A stretch of DNA of 63,548 nucleotides, counting the filler, from Jimgerdemannia flammicorona (Eukaryota), in NCBI GenBank assembly GCA_003990765.1. It is 3 parts of 3 records of this genome, joined end to end, with 100 filler letters (N's around TTAATTAATTAA, not from the genome) between each part and the next. Parts side by side here need not be neighbours in the genome. Positions count along the whole stretch, not along the records: positions 1 to 21,118 come from RBNJ01001527.1; positions 21,219 to 42,336 come from RBNJ01001528.1; 1 more part is not named here. One strand, written 5' to 3'. The notes beneath the pieces are model-generated. The model was not told where the DNA came from. It saw only the letters and a program-made list of their open reading frames with translations, and searched no databases. Both the position numbers and the translations under genes were made by a program. Below, one piece after another: positions 12,490-23,789 of the stretch; the stretch's first letter is position 1; each line of letters starts with the position of its first letter.

Positions 12490-12620
12490 ACACTGAATAA
12501 TGCCAGCACCAGTATTTTGATATAACACTGGATAATACCAGCACTGGCATTCTGAGGTGATGCAAAATTATTCCAGCATCAGTATTCTGATGTAATACTG
12601 AATTATACCAGTATTCTGAA
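12490..12620 (+). repeat. About 3.5 degenerate tandem copies of a 35-bp unit in the B LTR (also 19728-19858)
   Basis: acactgaataatgccagcaccagtattttgatata / acactggataataccagcactggcattctgaggtg / atgcaaaattattccagcatcagtattctgatgta / atactgaattataccagt.. Confidence 0.85.
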
Positions 12621-13089
12621 TCTGTATATACAACTATCAGTGCCAACTCTGAAACTTAGTAGTTTTAGTTATTGGAATTTATATTTAGCTTTATATCTTA
12701 GCAACCATTGAATTATATTTTGTATAAATATCCCTCTTATTTTCTCTCAAATAAAGTCAGTTTCTCTCAGTGCAATATACACACTTCCTTGCAAGTAATC
12801 TAAGAGATAACAAGACAGTTTAAAGATAAGAAGTTTGAGGACTATAAGATCTTGGGAAGGCACTCCAATAAGAACTTGCTTATAACAAACTTGAGTTAGT
12901 CTAAGAGATATATCTTAAAGAGAATCTGGCATATTTAAAGGAATCAGTAACTACTATGTGACAACTTGGTGCCCATTGGCTGGTAATTCAAGATGAATCT
13001 CTCACTTTCAAGCTGAAAAATGAACAACTCCCACAACAACTACCCTGACTACAAGAGTCACCCCTGCAAGAATTCAAGACAAGATAAAA

Positions 13090-16000
13090 ATGCATTCCCC
13101 AATATTCTATGGATATACTACTGAAGAGTCAATTCTGACCTTCATTGAAGACTTTGAACAATTCACTGCCATACAAGCCCTTGGTGTAGATGCTCAATTG
13201 GTCCTTCTACTAGTCAGCCTCAGAGGACCTGCCAGAGATAAGTTCAATATAGTCACTATTACTGATGCTGGTGGAGCCAAACTTGCCAATATGAAGGCCT
13301 TCCTCAGAACAATATATTATACCAAAGAGATCAAGCAAGCTCTCAAGGATCAACTCAATACTATCTGCTAGAGACTTAGTGAAGATCCCAACTCATTCTA
13401 TACCTGAATCTGCCACCAGATTGTCTTGGCTGGCTATGATGACCACTTCAAGGAACAAATAGTGGATTCAACTTTTCTCAAAGGAGTTCACCCTGAAATT
13501 GCCCTAGCAATCCAGTCTACTCCAGCTGCACTGACCCTTGATCAGAAAGTGGTCTTTGCATAGAGATATTAGACTGCCAGACACTCTGCTGAACACTCAA
13601 TAGAGAAAATAACTGGCATCAAGATGGAGCCATCAAAGCCAACTAGTATCATACCCACCACAGTTGTAAACAGACAACCAACCCCATCTACCCCCAAGAC
13701 AGCCAAAGCTGACCCAGTGAAAGAACTTGCCAAGCAGTTTGCCAAAATGACTGCACATCTTAGTAATGTTGTTAAAGAAGTCCAAAGTACCAACAGGAGA
13801 CCAGTGCAGAGATTTGCAGCTACTACAGAAGAATGCAATATTACATATTTCAGATATAGAGAAGAAGGCCACTATACAAAAAATTGTATGACCAAAACAA
13901 GACACAAAGCCCAACTAAGTAATGCTAGCAGAACCAGAGAACAAACCAATGTAGTAGTCATCAAGGAGATTGGTGACACTGATGATGAAGAATACTACAA
14001 AGAGCTTGAATTCTACCCTGCTATTGAAGGTACCAGAACCCAGTCCAAGCCCTATGACAAGAAGAGCAACAGCAAGCCAGTTGGAAGATCAAAGAAGACC
14101 CCAGCTGTCACTATTCAAAGCAAGACTCAACCAGAGGAGATTGATCAAGACATGGAGTTAGATGAAGCTGCCCGCCAAATCATTGAAGGCACTACTCCAG
14201 TCTCAGGAGAAAGTGAAAGCAAGAAGGAATAGAAGCTGCACAAGACCAAGATCCACCAGTATGACATCTACAAGGACCTCAAGGAACAGAAGGTCAATGC
14301 CACTTTTGGGCAGCTAGCCAAAGTCCCTACCTTTAGACAGCAGTTGAGAGTAGGACTTGCAACTACTGCCAAGAATCAAGAGTACAAGATTGTAGAAGCT
14401 CACAATGCACAGGAAGAATCCAAGAACTCAGGTAAAGAATCCGAAGCTCAGTACAAGACATCAGCCTATATGTACCTCATGTCAGATTGAAGACTATATC
14501 TTTGATGCCATCATTGATACCAGTGCTGGAGGATGCCTCATGAGCAAGAAGGCAATTGACTACCTAGGTTGGAATGTTGAAGAGTCCACCAAGATGGTCT
14601 ATGTCACAGCAGATGATACACAAGCTACCCCCCTTGGCAAAATCTGAGAAGTCCCCATCAAGATAGGAGGAGCTACTATCCCAGTAGATGTGATTGTCAT
14701 AAGCACTACCAACTATGACATCCTCATTGACAATCAATGGCTTCATAAGACCAAGGCCATCATTGACCTCAATGTCCAGAAGATGCAGATCAATTATAGA
14801 GAGAGAAAGGTATGAGTCTCTATCAATGTCCATAAAGAAGTTCTATCAGACATGGAGGAAGGAGATGAAGAGGACACAGAGGTCTTCATGCACTTGGTGA
14901 ACAAGAACAAGAACAAGACACCCAAGCTCACAGATGAGCAGTGGTACAACAAGATTATCAATGGCTATACTCCTCAAGAAAGATGCCCCCATGATACTAG
15001 GATGTACTGCTCTGAACACCTGAATGACTGCTGGTCCTGTATCAGTGAAGTCAGAAAAATCTGCCAACAGAAATATGAGCAAGAAGCTGCTGAAGCAAAA
15101 AGGAAAGCTAAAGAAGATGACCAGCCCCCAGAGCTTCAGGCTGACAGTGACAATGAGGAGAAATAAGAATCAGACATCACCCTCAAGGTCAAGAAGTTTC
15201 ACCCCAAAGCCAAGATCCCAGAATACAAGACTGAAGGAGCTATAGGAATGGACCTTACCAGCATTCAAGATGCTACCCTCGAACCACAGACCACCACCCT
15301 ACTTGGTACTGGAATTGGAGTCAAGCTGCCAGAGAACTATGCTGGAATTATCAAGACCAGGAGCAGTCTGACCAAAAGCAAAATCTTAGTTAAAGGAGGA
15401 GTAATTGACCCTGATTACACTAGTGAGATCTTCCTTATAGTCAGGAATCACAACCACACCACCCCCTTCAAACTTAAGAAGCATGATAGGATTGGCCAGA
15501 TGCTGATCTATGAAATCAAGAAGCCCAAGATCATAGAGGCCATCGAACTTATTAAGACTAAGAGAGGAGAACAAGGCTTTGAATCTACTGGAAGAGGAGC
15601 CTATGCTGTCACCAAAATTACTGAACTTGAGCACAAGAAAGATAAGGACCAGAACAAGTACACATATATCATTGGAGAAAACTTTCCCCTGGAGGAACAA
15701 CTCCTCAAGATCCTGCACCAGAATGAAGGAGTACTTACTATAGACTTCAGGGATATCCATAATCAAGAACCCAAGTACTACTATAAAGTTGATACTGGTG
15801 ATACCAAGCCCATCTACCAGAAAGCCAGACCTATACCACCTGCCTACAGAGAGTGGCTGTGAGCAGAACTCAAGGAAATGGAAGAAGCTGGGATCATCAA
15901 GCAAGCTATCAGCCCCTGGGCCTCACTCATTGTCTTTGCCCTGAAGAAAGGAAGCAAGCCTGGAGAATTTGCACCAAGACTCTGCATTGACTACAGAAAG

Positions 16001-17113
16001 CTCAATGCCATCATCAAGAAGGATAGGCAGCCCTTACCAAATATTCAAGAGATCCTTACCACTCTTGGAAGTGAAGCCAAATACTACACCACCTTGGATC
16101 TGTTCTCAGGCTTCCATCAGATTGGTCTCACTCAAGATGCCAGTGAGAAATCAGCCTTCATCATACCTGATGCCACCTATATCTACCTGCGAATGCCATT
16201 TGGAATGTACAATGCTCCAGCAAGTTTCCAGTGAATGATGAACAGAGTCTTCAGCAATGAGATTGGAAAATGGCTCTTTGTCTATATTGATAATGTGATC
16301 ATCTTCAGCAACACTGCACAGGAACATATCAATCACATACAGCTAGTCCTCAAGAAGCTCAAGGAGTATGGCCTCTACATTAAGCCCAAGAAATACAAGT
16401 TTGCAGCTCAAGAAATCGCCTACCTAGGACACCTCATCAACCAGACCAGAATCCATACAGACCCCATGAAGATTAAGGCTGTTGTAGCCTACCCAAGACT
16501 CAGAACAACTATAGAAGTCCATGCCTTCCTTGGACTAGCCAGCTACTACAGAAGATTTATCAAAGGATACTCCAACATTGCAGCACCTATCTACAAGCTA
16601 CTAAAGAAGGAGACCAAATTTGAATAGACTCAGGAGTGCCAAGAAACCTTCAATAAACTCAAGACCAGGTTGACCCAAGCACCTATCCTCAGAAGACCAG
16701 ATTGGAACCTAGAATTCATCCTGCAGACAGATGCAAGTACTATAGGACTTGGAGCAGTCCTAGCTCAGAAGAAAGATGGACATGAATATGTCATCTCCTA
16801 TATAAGCCAAGGTACCTATAGAGCAGAACAGAACTATAAGTCATATAAGCTCAAATGCTTAGTAGTAGTTTGGGCAGTAGATAAGTTCCACTACTACCTA
16901 GCTGAGAAATACTTTACTATTCAAACAGACCACTCTGCTCTTGCCTGACTATTCCACACCCTGAACCCCAAAAGAATATATGTCAGATGGATCTACAGGC
17001 TGTAAGAGTATGACTATACTGTCAAGCACCACTCAGGAAAGACCAACACCAATGCCGATATACTCTCAAGGATACCCCAAAACACTCCCATCAAGACTAT
17101 TCAATATGAATAA
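13090..17113 (+). pseudogene. Element B gag-PR-dUTPase-RT-RNase H polyprotein; dUTPase about 15185-15595
   Basis: Gag-like PIFYGYTTEESI, decayed zinc knuckle, protease, dUTPase motifs, RT and RH motifs. Ends KTNTNADILSRIP..QYE* (TAA 17111-17113). Confidence 0.92.
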
Positions 17114-18368
17114 GGAGCTATACTATAGATTAATCAGCTATCTTGGGCAGTAGAAGATGCCCAATCACCTCAAACCCTGGACAATCACTATCATCAACCA
17201 GACTTAGAAATAGTTTGAATTAGATAACACTATACTCAGAAAAGGAGGAAAGCTAGTAATACCCAAATACAAGAAGTATCAAGTAATGAAGGAAGTACAT
17301 GAGCAAGGACACCTAGGAGGAACCAACATATATAACAAAGCAAGAAGAACTATGTAGTGGTCCAAGATAGAAGAAGACCTGTGCCAATTTGTCAAAGAGT
17401 ATGATAAGTGCTAAAAACAGAAATAAGATCAGCAAGACCAGGCACCCAGGTCATCAAGAATTGAGCCTATCCCCTTCCACCACATCATAATAGATATCAT
17501 TAGACCACTACCAGTAACATTATCAGGAAACCACTATATTATAGTTATTATAGACCTCTTCACCAAATGGATAGAGGCAGGAGCATTACAAGAAGCCAAT
17601 GCTCTCTCTATAGCTGACTTTCTGTACTGAGAGATTATCTGCTGCTACAAGACACCGAAGCAAATCACAACAGACTATGGCACAGAATTTGTCAATGGAT
17701 TCCATGAGATAATATATCAGAAATACAAGATCCAGTACATCAAGACCACTGTATACCATCCTCAAGGAAATGGACAGACAGAGAGAACCAACAAGACCCT
17801 CAAGAACATCCTAGCGAAGATCTCAGAGACATATGAGAATTGGGATAATTATCTCCCAACTGTCTTCTCTGTCCTATGAGATATATAGTCACAGAGCACA
17901 CACTTTACCCCAAGAGAGCTGCTCTTTGGAGAAGAAGATTCTGATGGAACCTCAGCCACAAATCTAGACCTAACTTGGAGATGGGTTGATGCAGAAATCC
18001 AGAGACTATACCAAATTAGGAAGAAGGCTGAAGATTATATCACCAAGTCACAAGCACTAATAAGGAAGAATGTGGAAAAGAATCACAAGGCCCTAGAACC
18101 CATCTGAATCAGAGAAAAGGTTCTACTGTATTGAAATATGGTAGAAGCCTCATGGTCATGAAAACTGGAGCCCAAATGGGAAGGACCCTTCTATGTATAA
18201 GATATCAAGGGAACTACCTTCTGGCTTAGAAAAATCTCAGGGACCATACTGCCTACCATGGTACATAGGAACAGACTCAAGAAGTACCACAAACCTATAC
18301 AAGAGAAGCAAAATATGATGACCACTCATGAGGTTCTAGTCTGCAAATCATAACAGCATATCCCATGA
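17106..18368 (+). pseudogene. Element B integrase, apparently a separate ORF
   Basis: ATG at 17106 (MNKELYYRLISYLG), HHCC-like HEQGHLG..YDKC, IDIIRPLP, IDLFTKW, YHPQGNGQTERTN and KLEPKWEGPF. The end is 18353 or 18368. Confidence 0.85.
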
Positions 18369-18666
18369 CCAGCAGGCTATCTGTCTGGACCATTCTCTAA
18401 GAGATATGGCACTGGCAACTACTCATCCATGAGACTTTTAAAGTCAGAGGAGTTTGAACTGTCAACTGATTGGTCAAGATCAGAATCAGGCCCTTGCTCT
18501 ATATGAAGAGAGCAATCCTTCACCATTATGCCAAAATACAAAGAGAAGATGCCAACCCATAAATACCACTTTTCGACCCCTTACCAGAGGTTATAGGATC
18601 AGCAAATTTTTCAGGACTGGACCAATGAATAAGGATGCTCAGGAAGATCCTTATTTAGAAGGAAGA

Positions 18667-20201
18667 TATAATAGTGACCCCAGAATGATGACATCAGCAC
18701 AAGAGACAGCCTTTTCTTGTAAGTCATCAGATTGGAGTACAGAAGATCATATAGTATATAAGATGAGCAATGATGACCAACTGTGAGTCATTGTGACCAC
18801 AGCACAAGCATCTTGAGGAATATAAAAGAAGGATCAAGGAACTGCAGTAGCAGCAACTAACAAGACCCACTAATCCCAAAATAGCTCAAAGACTTACTAT
18901 AAATAAAATGCCTACTGCCTGCCAAACCTCAAGGTCAAGGAACCACTAAGGTATTTCAGTCAAAGAAAGGATGTTCCAAGACATCAGAAGAGCTATGAGG
19001 ACCTGCTCAAGAAGGACTCTTAATATTAACCTGGGTACTGCAGACCCTTATCACTTTATTCTCTACCACCATGAAATGGAAACGAGGATCACTATTACTA
19101 CCAAATGCCTCCAAATGTAGCAGAAGTATGAAATAGAAAACCTCCTCTGCCAGGAGTTCCTACAGGCCAGCCCTCAAGAGCTACAAAATGCCACTTCCAT
19201 AGATATACATGAGACAAGGATAGCTAAAAAGATCCATCAGATCTTTAGGCATGTATCATAGTCAATTCCCAACTTAGAGTATGTTAGAGTCTCAGATTTC
19301 AGAGACCTGTCATCCTGCCATATCAATGCACTAGAAGCCAGGGTGGCTACAGAAGCTCAGTCTACTATCACCCTCAATAGTAATAAAGTAGAAGACTTCT
19401 GGCACCCCATCCTCCAAGACAACCTAGACCAATTCCTGTAAGAATTGATCTCAGTATTTCAAGGCCCAAGCATCTGGGTTAGATCTCCTCAAGACCCCAC
19501 ATTTGTCCCCTATTTTGTGGAAAAGAACCTCATAGACTGGAGAGCCCCAGACCTCCTTCCCACTGCTGAATGTGATGATGTCATTAGTGATGATATCATC
19601 CTGCATAACATCAAAGTATGTGAAAATGACAAATTTGCAGACCTCATCTCTTTCAAAGATATCCTGACCTCTGATGATGAGGATGAAGCCTCCATGGTCC
19701 TGAACTTTCTGCTCTAAGTTCTTTATTATACTGAATAATGCTAGCACCAGTATTTTGATGTAATACTAGATAATGTCAGTACTGGCATTCTGAGATGATG
19801 CGAAATTATTCCAGTACTGGTATTCTGATGTGATACTGAATTATACCAGCATCCTGAACCTGTATATATAACCATCAGTGCCAACTCTGGAACTTAGTAG
19901 TTTTAGTTATTGAAATTTATATTTAGCTTTATATCTTAGCAACTATTGAATTATATTTTGTATAAATACCCCTCTTATTTCCTCTGAAATAAAGTCAGTT
20001 TCTCTCAGTGCAATATACACACTTCTTTGCAAGCAATCTAAGAGATAACAAGACAGTTTAAAGATAAGAAGTTTGAGGACTATAAGACCTTAAGAAGGCA
20101 CTCCAATAAGAACTTGCTTATAACAAACTTGAGTTAGTCTAAGAGATACACCTTGAAGAGAATCTGGCATATTTGAAGGACTCAGTGACCACTACATGAC
20201 A
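18667..20201 (+). repeat. 3' LTR of element B
   Basis: Follows the PPT and matches 11429-12963. Confidence 0.96.
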
Positions 20202-20245
20202 ATAGTCTAGGGTTTCTTCCAATATAATCTGCAGAACTTTGGGTC

Positions 20246-20288
<43 letters not shown>

Positions 20289-21118
20289 GACAATTAGTAT
20301 AAGTTGTTTAAATATATAAGTTGATTATATATACAAAGTCAAACAACAATCTCTTACTATTAGATATAAAGGTTAACAAGTCTCTACTATTATAAATATA
20401 TATCCATCATAAAGAAAATTATAGAGATAAGAGCAATTTGAGAGTCTGAAGTACTATAATATATAATTTATTTTAGCAGTCTCTTTATTAGATAGAAATA
20501 ATCTACTTTATTATAATATATTAGAGATTGTTATTGCCATTCTATACTTAGTTATTATTTGTTATCATTCTGTATTTAGTCAGCTGTCATCTATTGTCCC
20601 TTGGCTGTTATTTGGTATCCATCCTCTAAGTTATTATAAGTAAATTAGCTTTAGCATGTTGCTATTTTATAATAATAAAAGAAAATTAAGATACATCTAT
20701 ATGCAAGCTGAATTTAGAGACACGTGCATCGAAAATATTAGTATCTACATCCCTATGCATCTAGGAACATCTGTATCGGGGCATCGGCCATCTGCATTTA
20801 AGAAATCTGCATCGGGGCCATCGCGCATCCCGACTGACACTCTAGGTGACATCTGGCATCTAGGACATCTACGACATCTGAGATTGCATTGCCATCTGAG
20901 GATGCACCCAGGTGTCCAATTTTTATTTATTTATTTATTTATTTTAATGAGGGTGCAATAGTTTCCAAACTGTGGTATCTCGGCTGTCATGCTTTGTCCG
21001 TCTACACACGCGAAATGTGTCAAAATGGGAGTTTATTGTGTAATTAGGTACATGATTATGAATTATTTGGCACGCTGTAGTTATTATTTATCTGATTAAG
21101 ATAAGAAACCTCAAAAAA

Positions 21119-21218
21119 NNNNNNNNNNNNNNNNNNNNNNNNNNNNNNNNNNNNNNNNNNNNTTAATTAATTAANNNNNNNNNNNNNNNNNNNNNNNNNN
21201 NNNNNNNNNNNNNNNNNN
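21119..21218. other. Assembly gap with artificial linker
   Basis: 44 N + TTAATTAATTAA + 44 N; stop codons in all six frames. Confidence 0.97.
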
Positions 21219-21680
21219 CCAAAACCCTCCCCCACCACCCACCAAGTACTGCCCCCCCATTAACCTAGGCTAGCTATTGTCCAGCAGCTTGACTATGTCA
21301 GGCACAGCAGGGCTGATAGGCCTGCACCTCATTCTGTGCACCATGCTCTCCCTACCACCAGGGGAAACCCAACCATATGCCAATGACCGAAAGTGCATGC
21401 CTGAGAACCCAACGTATGTACAAGGTCATGCCTGAGCCAAATAGAATAGCCCCTGCCACCCCAAAGAGAATGACAGGTAAATAAAAACCCTTATCAAAGC
21501 ACAACATAGTGGGTAGGGCCTAGTTCTCCCAGTTGAGGTGAGTAAAGGACTTATACGTGAGGTGGGAGGAAACCCCCAATACCCCACTACTCAAGCCTGT
21601 GGGCCTCGATCACATTGCCATGTCAGCTTCTGGTTCCAGTTGAGTGCAGCCAAGATGCCTAAAATGGGTAGCCTCGGGCC
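21219..21680 (-). mobile_element. Second, less decayed copy ('Y2') of the poly(A)-element 3' region, fused to LINE copy a
   Basis: Colinear with reconstructed Y1. Similarity to the other LINE copies stops at gtggcttcctcc (about 21682). Confidence 0.7.
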
Positions 21681-22297
21681 TGGAGGAAGCCACCTCTGTA
21701 CCTCTGTACTCCAAGACCAGATACCCGCCCAGTCCCACTCCTCACCAATTCCTACTGCTTGCCAGCCACTCAGCCAAAGATTCTGACCAAGCCCCTGCTG
21801 ATACTCTACTCCCTCCTCAATATCAAACACAGTCAATGGAGTACCCCCCAGGAGTAGTCTATCCCAACACCACATATTAGGCCCCCATACTGCCTCCCCC
21901 TCATTACCATGCCAGTGCAGGCCAATTCAGTGTGCTCCATCAGCCACTCCCCACCAAAAGCCCTTGAACCACAGCCTCCAAATTCCATTCAGCCCCACCA
22001 AAGAGAGCAGATCTCCAGAGGACTCTTGAGGGGACATTTGCATTTCCCATACCTTCTGCAGCAGAGGCACCCAATCTCTGCCCTACAATTCCACAGCTCT
22101 CTTCAACTACCAGGCTCGCAAGCAGTGCAGCCTCTTAGGGAAATCCACCAGGCCAAGACCCCCCCTGACTACTGGTCTCGCAAGAGTATCCCAACTGACC
22201 TGGGACCTCCTCCCCACCCAAATCCAATCTCTAGCCATCTTCACCAGCTTCTTCACCACTCATGCTGGAAAGTCAAGATGATAAGCTATATACCACA

Positions 22298-23778
22298 TGT
22301 AAGCACACAATCTCTAAGCCACCAAAATCGCATAGCATCCTCAGAACTAATTCAGAAACCACATACGAGACTACAAAACAAGAGATCATCTGGTTACACG
22401 AAATATGCCAGCAAGCATGAGAACCCACTGCCAAGATACAAGAATACTAGATGAAGTACTACAACTATAAGACTGACTCTGAACTGCTATAACTAGTTTG
22501 GTATACTGTACTATTACAAAAGGAAACCGAAAGTACCAAACTCAAATTGAGACAAGAAGAACCCTATCTCATCTACCAAAAGGTTCACGAACTACACTTA
22601 TCAACTCAAGACCAGGATACACTACAGCTATACAAGACCTCATTACTTAGCAGAAGTAAAATGCATTTGAACAACTCTGTTTGCTCTATCTGTGTCACCT
22701 CCGTTGGAGAGTGACAGATGTTTCATCTGAACTCAAGAAAGCCAACAATGTCAAAACCAATCTCAAGCCATCCATGTGACAGATATTACTACTAGAAATT
22801 GCCTCAGATTACAGAAAATATCATTTCCAAGAGGTTTGAACCCCCAGCTGCGACATTGGGAGCCCTCACCCTAGATGAGAATGGCCAGTCCTCGCAAATG
22901 TACCAGCAGACTAAAAAAAAAGAAAACCAAGACCTGTTATCCTTGTACAACCACTGCCACCAAGGACAGCCTTAATCTTGCAAGAGATAGAAGTAATGAT
23001 ATCTTGAAACTGATGATATCAGAAGTCAGAAAACTGCTCAGACTTTGCCAGCAATGATGTCATCAATGTGATATCATCAAGAACTAACCAGACAGTGCCT
23101 AAATCTATAAATAGCCTAGCAGTCATAGTATAGTTAGATTAGCCTTGTACGACATAACTGTGAACTAACTCAGCAGTCAGACAATCTCTTGATATGTCAG
23201 ATCACACTTATACTACGTGACTGCATTCCAACTCAGCAAGGCACTTAGTGCTACATCCATATCTAGCATAGTCCCAATAGCCCCTCACTAGTATAAATAC
23301 CCCCTCCCCCAGACCTCAGAATCTCAGACTCGAACACACAAGAACATTCCTGAATACTTCCCCACAATATTCCTTCACACAAATACTCCTAGTATAGCAA
23401 TATCATGAATAGCAAATAAACCTATTCCATAACCCACAAATCACTCTTAAGTAAATCCACTCCCCATTAGGTCCTACTCCTAACCCCCTCACGAAATTTC
23501 CTAATTGGGTATTGTCTGCAGTGATACGCCAATTCAACTAAGCTGGTCTTAGTTTCTTGAACTTCCTGAAATATGGAAAATCCTGAACATCCAGAACTAG
23601 TCCAAAAAAGGACTTTGGTTGAGACATCAACCTGATCTTGAAATCAATAAGCATAGAGGATGTACTCTATACAAAATTGATCTTGACCATAAGAAAACAG
23701 TCTTCCAGAACATCCTGAATATCCAGAAAACCTTTCCAGAACTATGTAACAGTTACCCTAAAAAGTAACCCTCTTACA
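22298..23778 (+). repeat. 5' LTR of element C
   Basis: Direct repeat of 27172-28651; TATAAATA at 23292. Confidence 0.95.
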
Positions 23779-23789
23779 ACTTGGTAGCA

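Larger units (their letters stand above)
11429..12963 (+). repeat. 5' LTR of element B
   Basis: Direct repeat of 18667-20201 (offset 7238), ends TGACA. TATAAATA at 12723 and AATAAA at 12750. Confidence 0.96.
11429..20201 (+). mobile_element. Ty3/gypsy LTR retrotransposon B with 1535-bp LTRs (gag-PR-Cys module-dUTPase-RT-RH; separate INT), decayed
   Basis: LTRs at 11429-12963 and 18667-20201 with a 4-bp TSD ATAG (11425-11428 / 20202-20205). PBS-like TGGTGCCC three nt after the 5' LTR and PPT agaaggaaga before 18667. Motifs AIIDTSAGG, GGVIDPDYTSEI, RLCIDYRKLN, VYIDNVII and LQTDAS. Confidence 0.96.
4870..20286 (+). mobile_element. Poly(A)-tailed non-LTR element 3' region ('Y1'), split into about 4870-5067, 11157-11428 and 20202-20286 by insertion of elements A and B; 5' limit uncertain
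   Basis: Removing A and B at their TSDs gives a continuous sequence colinear with the reverse complement of 21219-21680. It ends in a long A tract at about 20250-20286. Confidence 0.75.

Noticed and set aside
12967..12985. Assigning the primer tRNA for elements B and D
   Set aside because: TGGTGCCC could be original or decayed TGGCGCCC; it cannot be assigned without the host tRNA set.
14460..14485. Programmed gag-pol frameshift in element B
   Set aside because: Comparison with D (KTSAYATCQI, continuous) indicates a 4-nt insertion specific to B.
21163..21174. TTAATTAATTAA as a biological palindrome or piggyBac site
   Set aside because: It is centred in N runs identically at both gaps, so it is an assembly linker.
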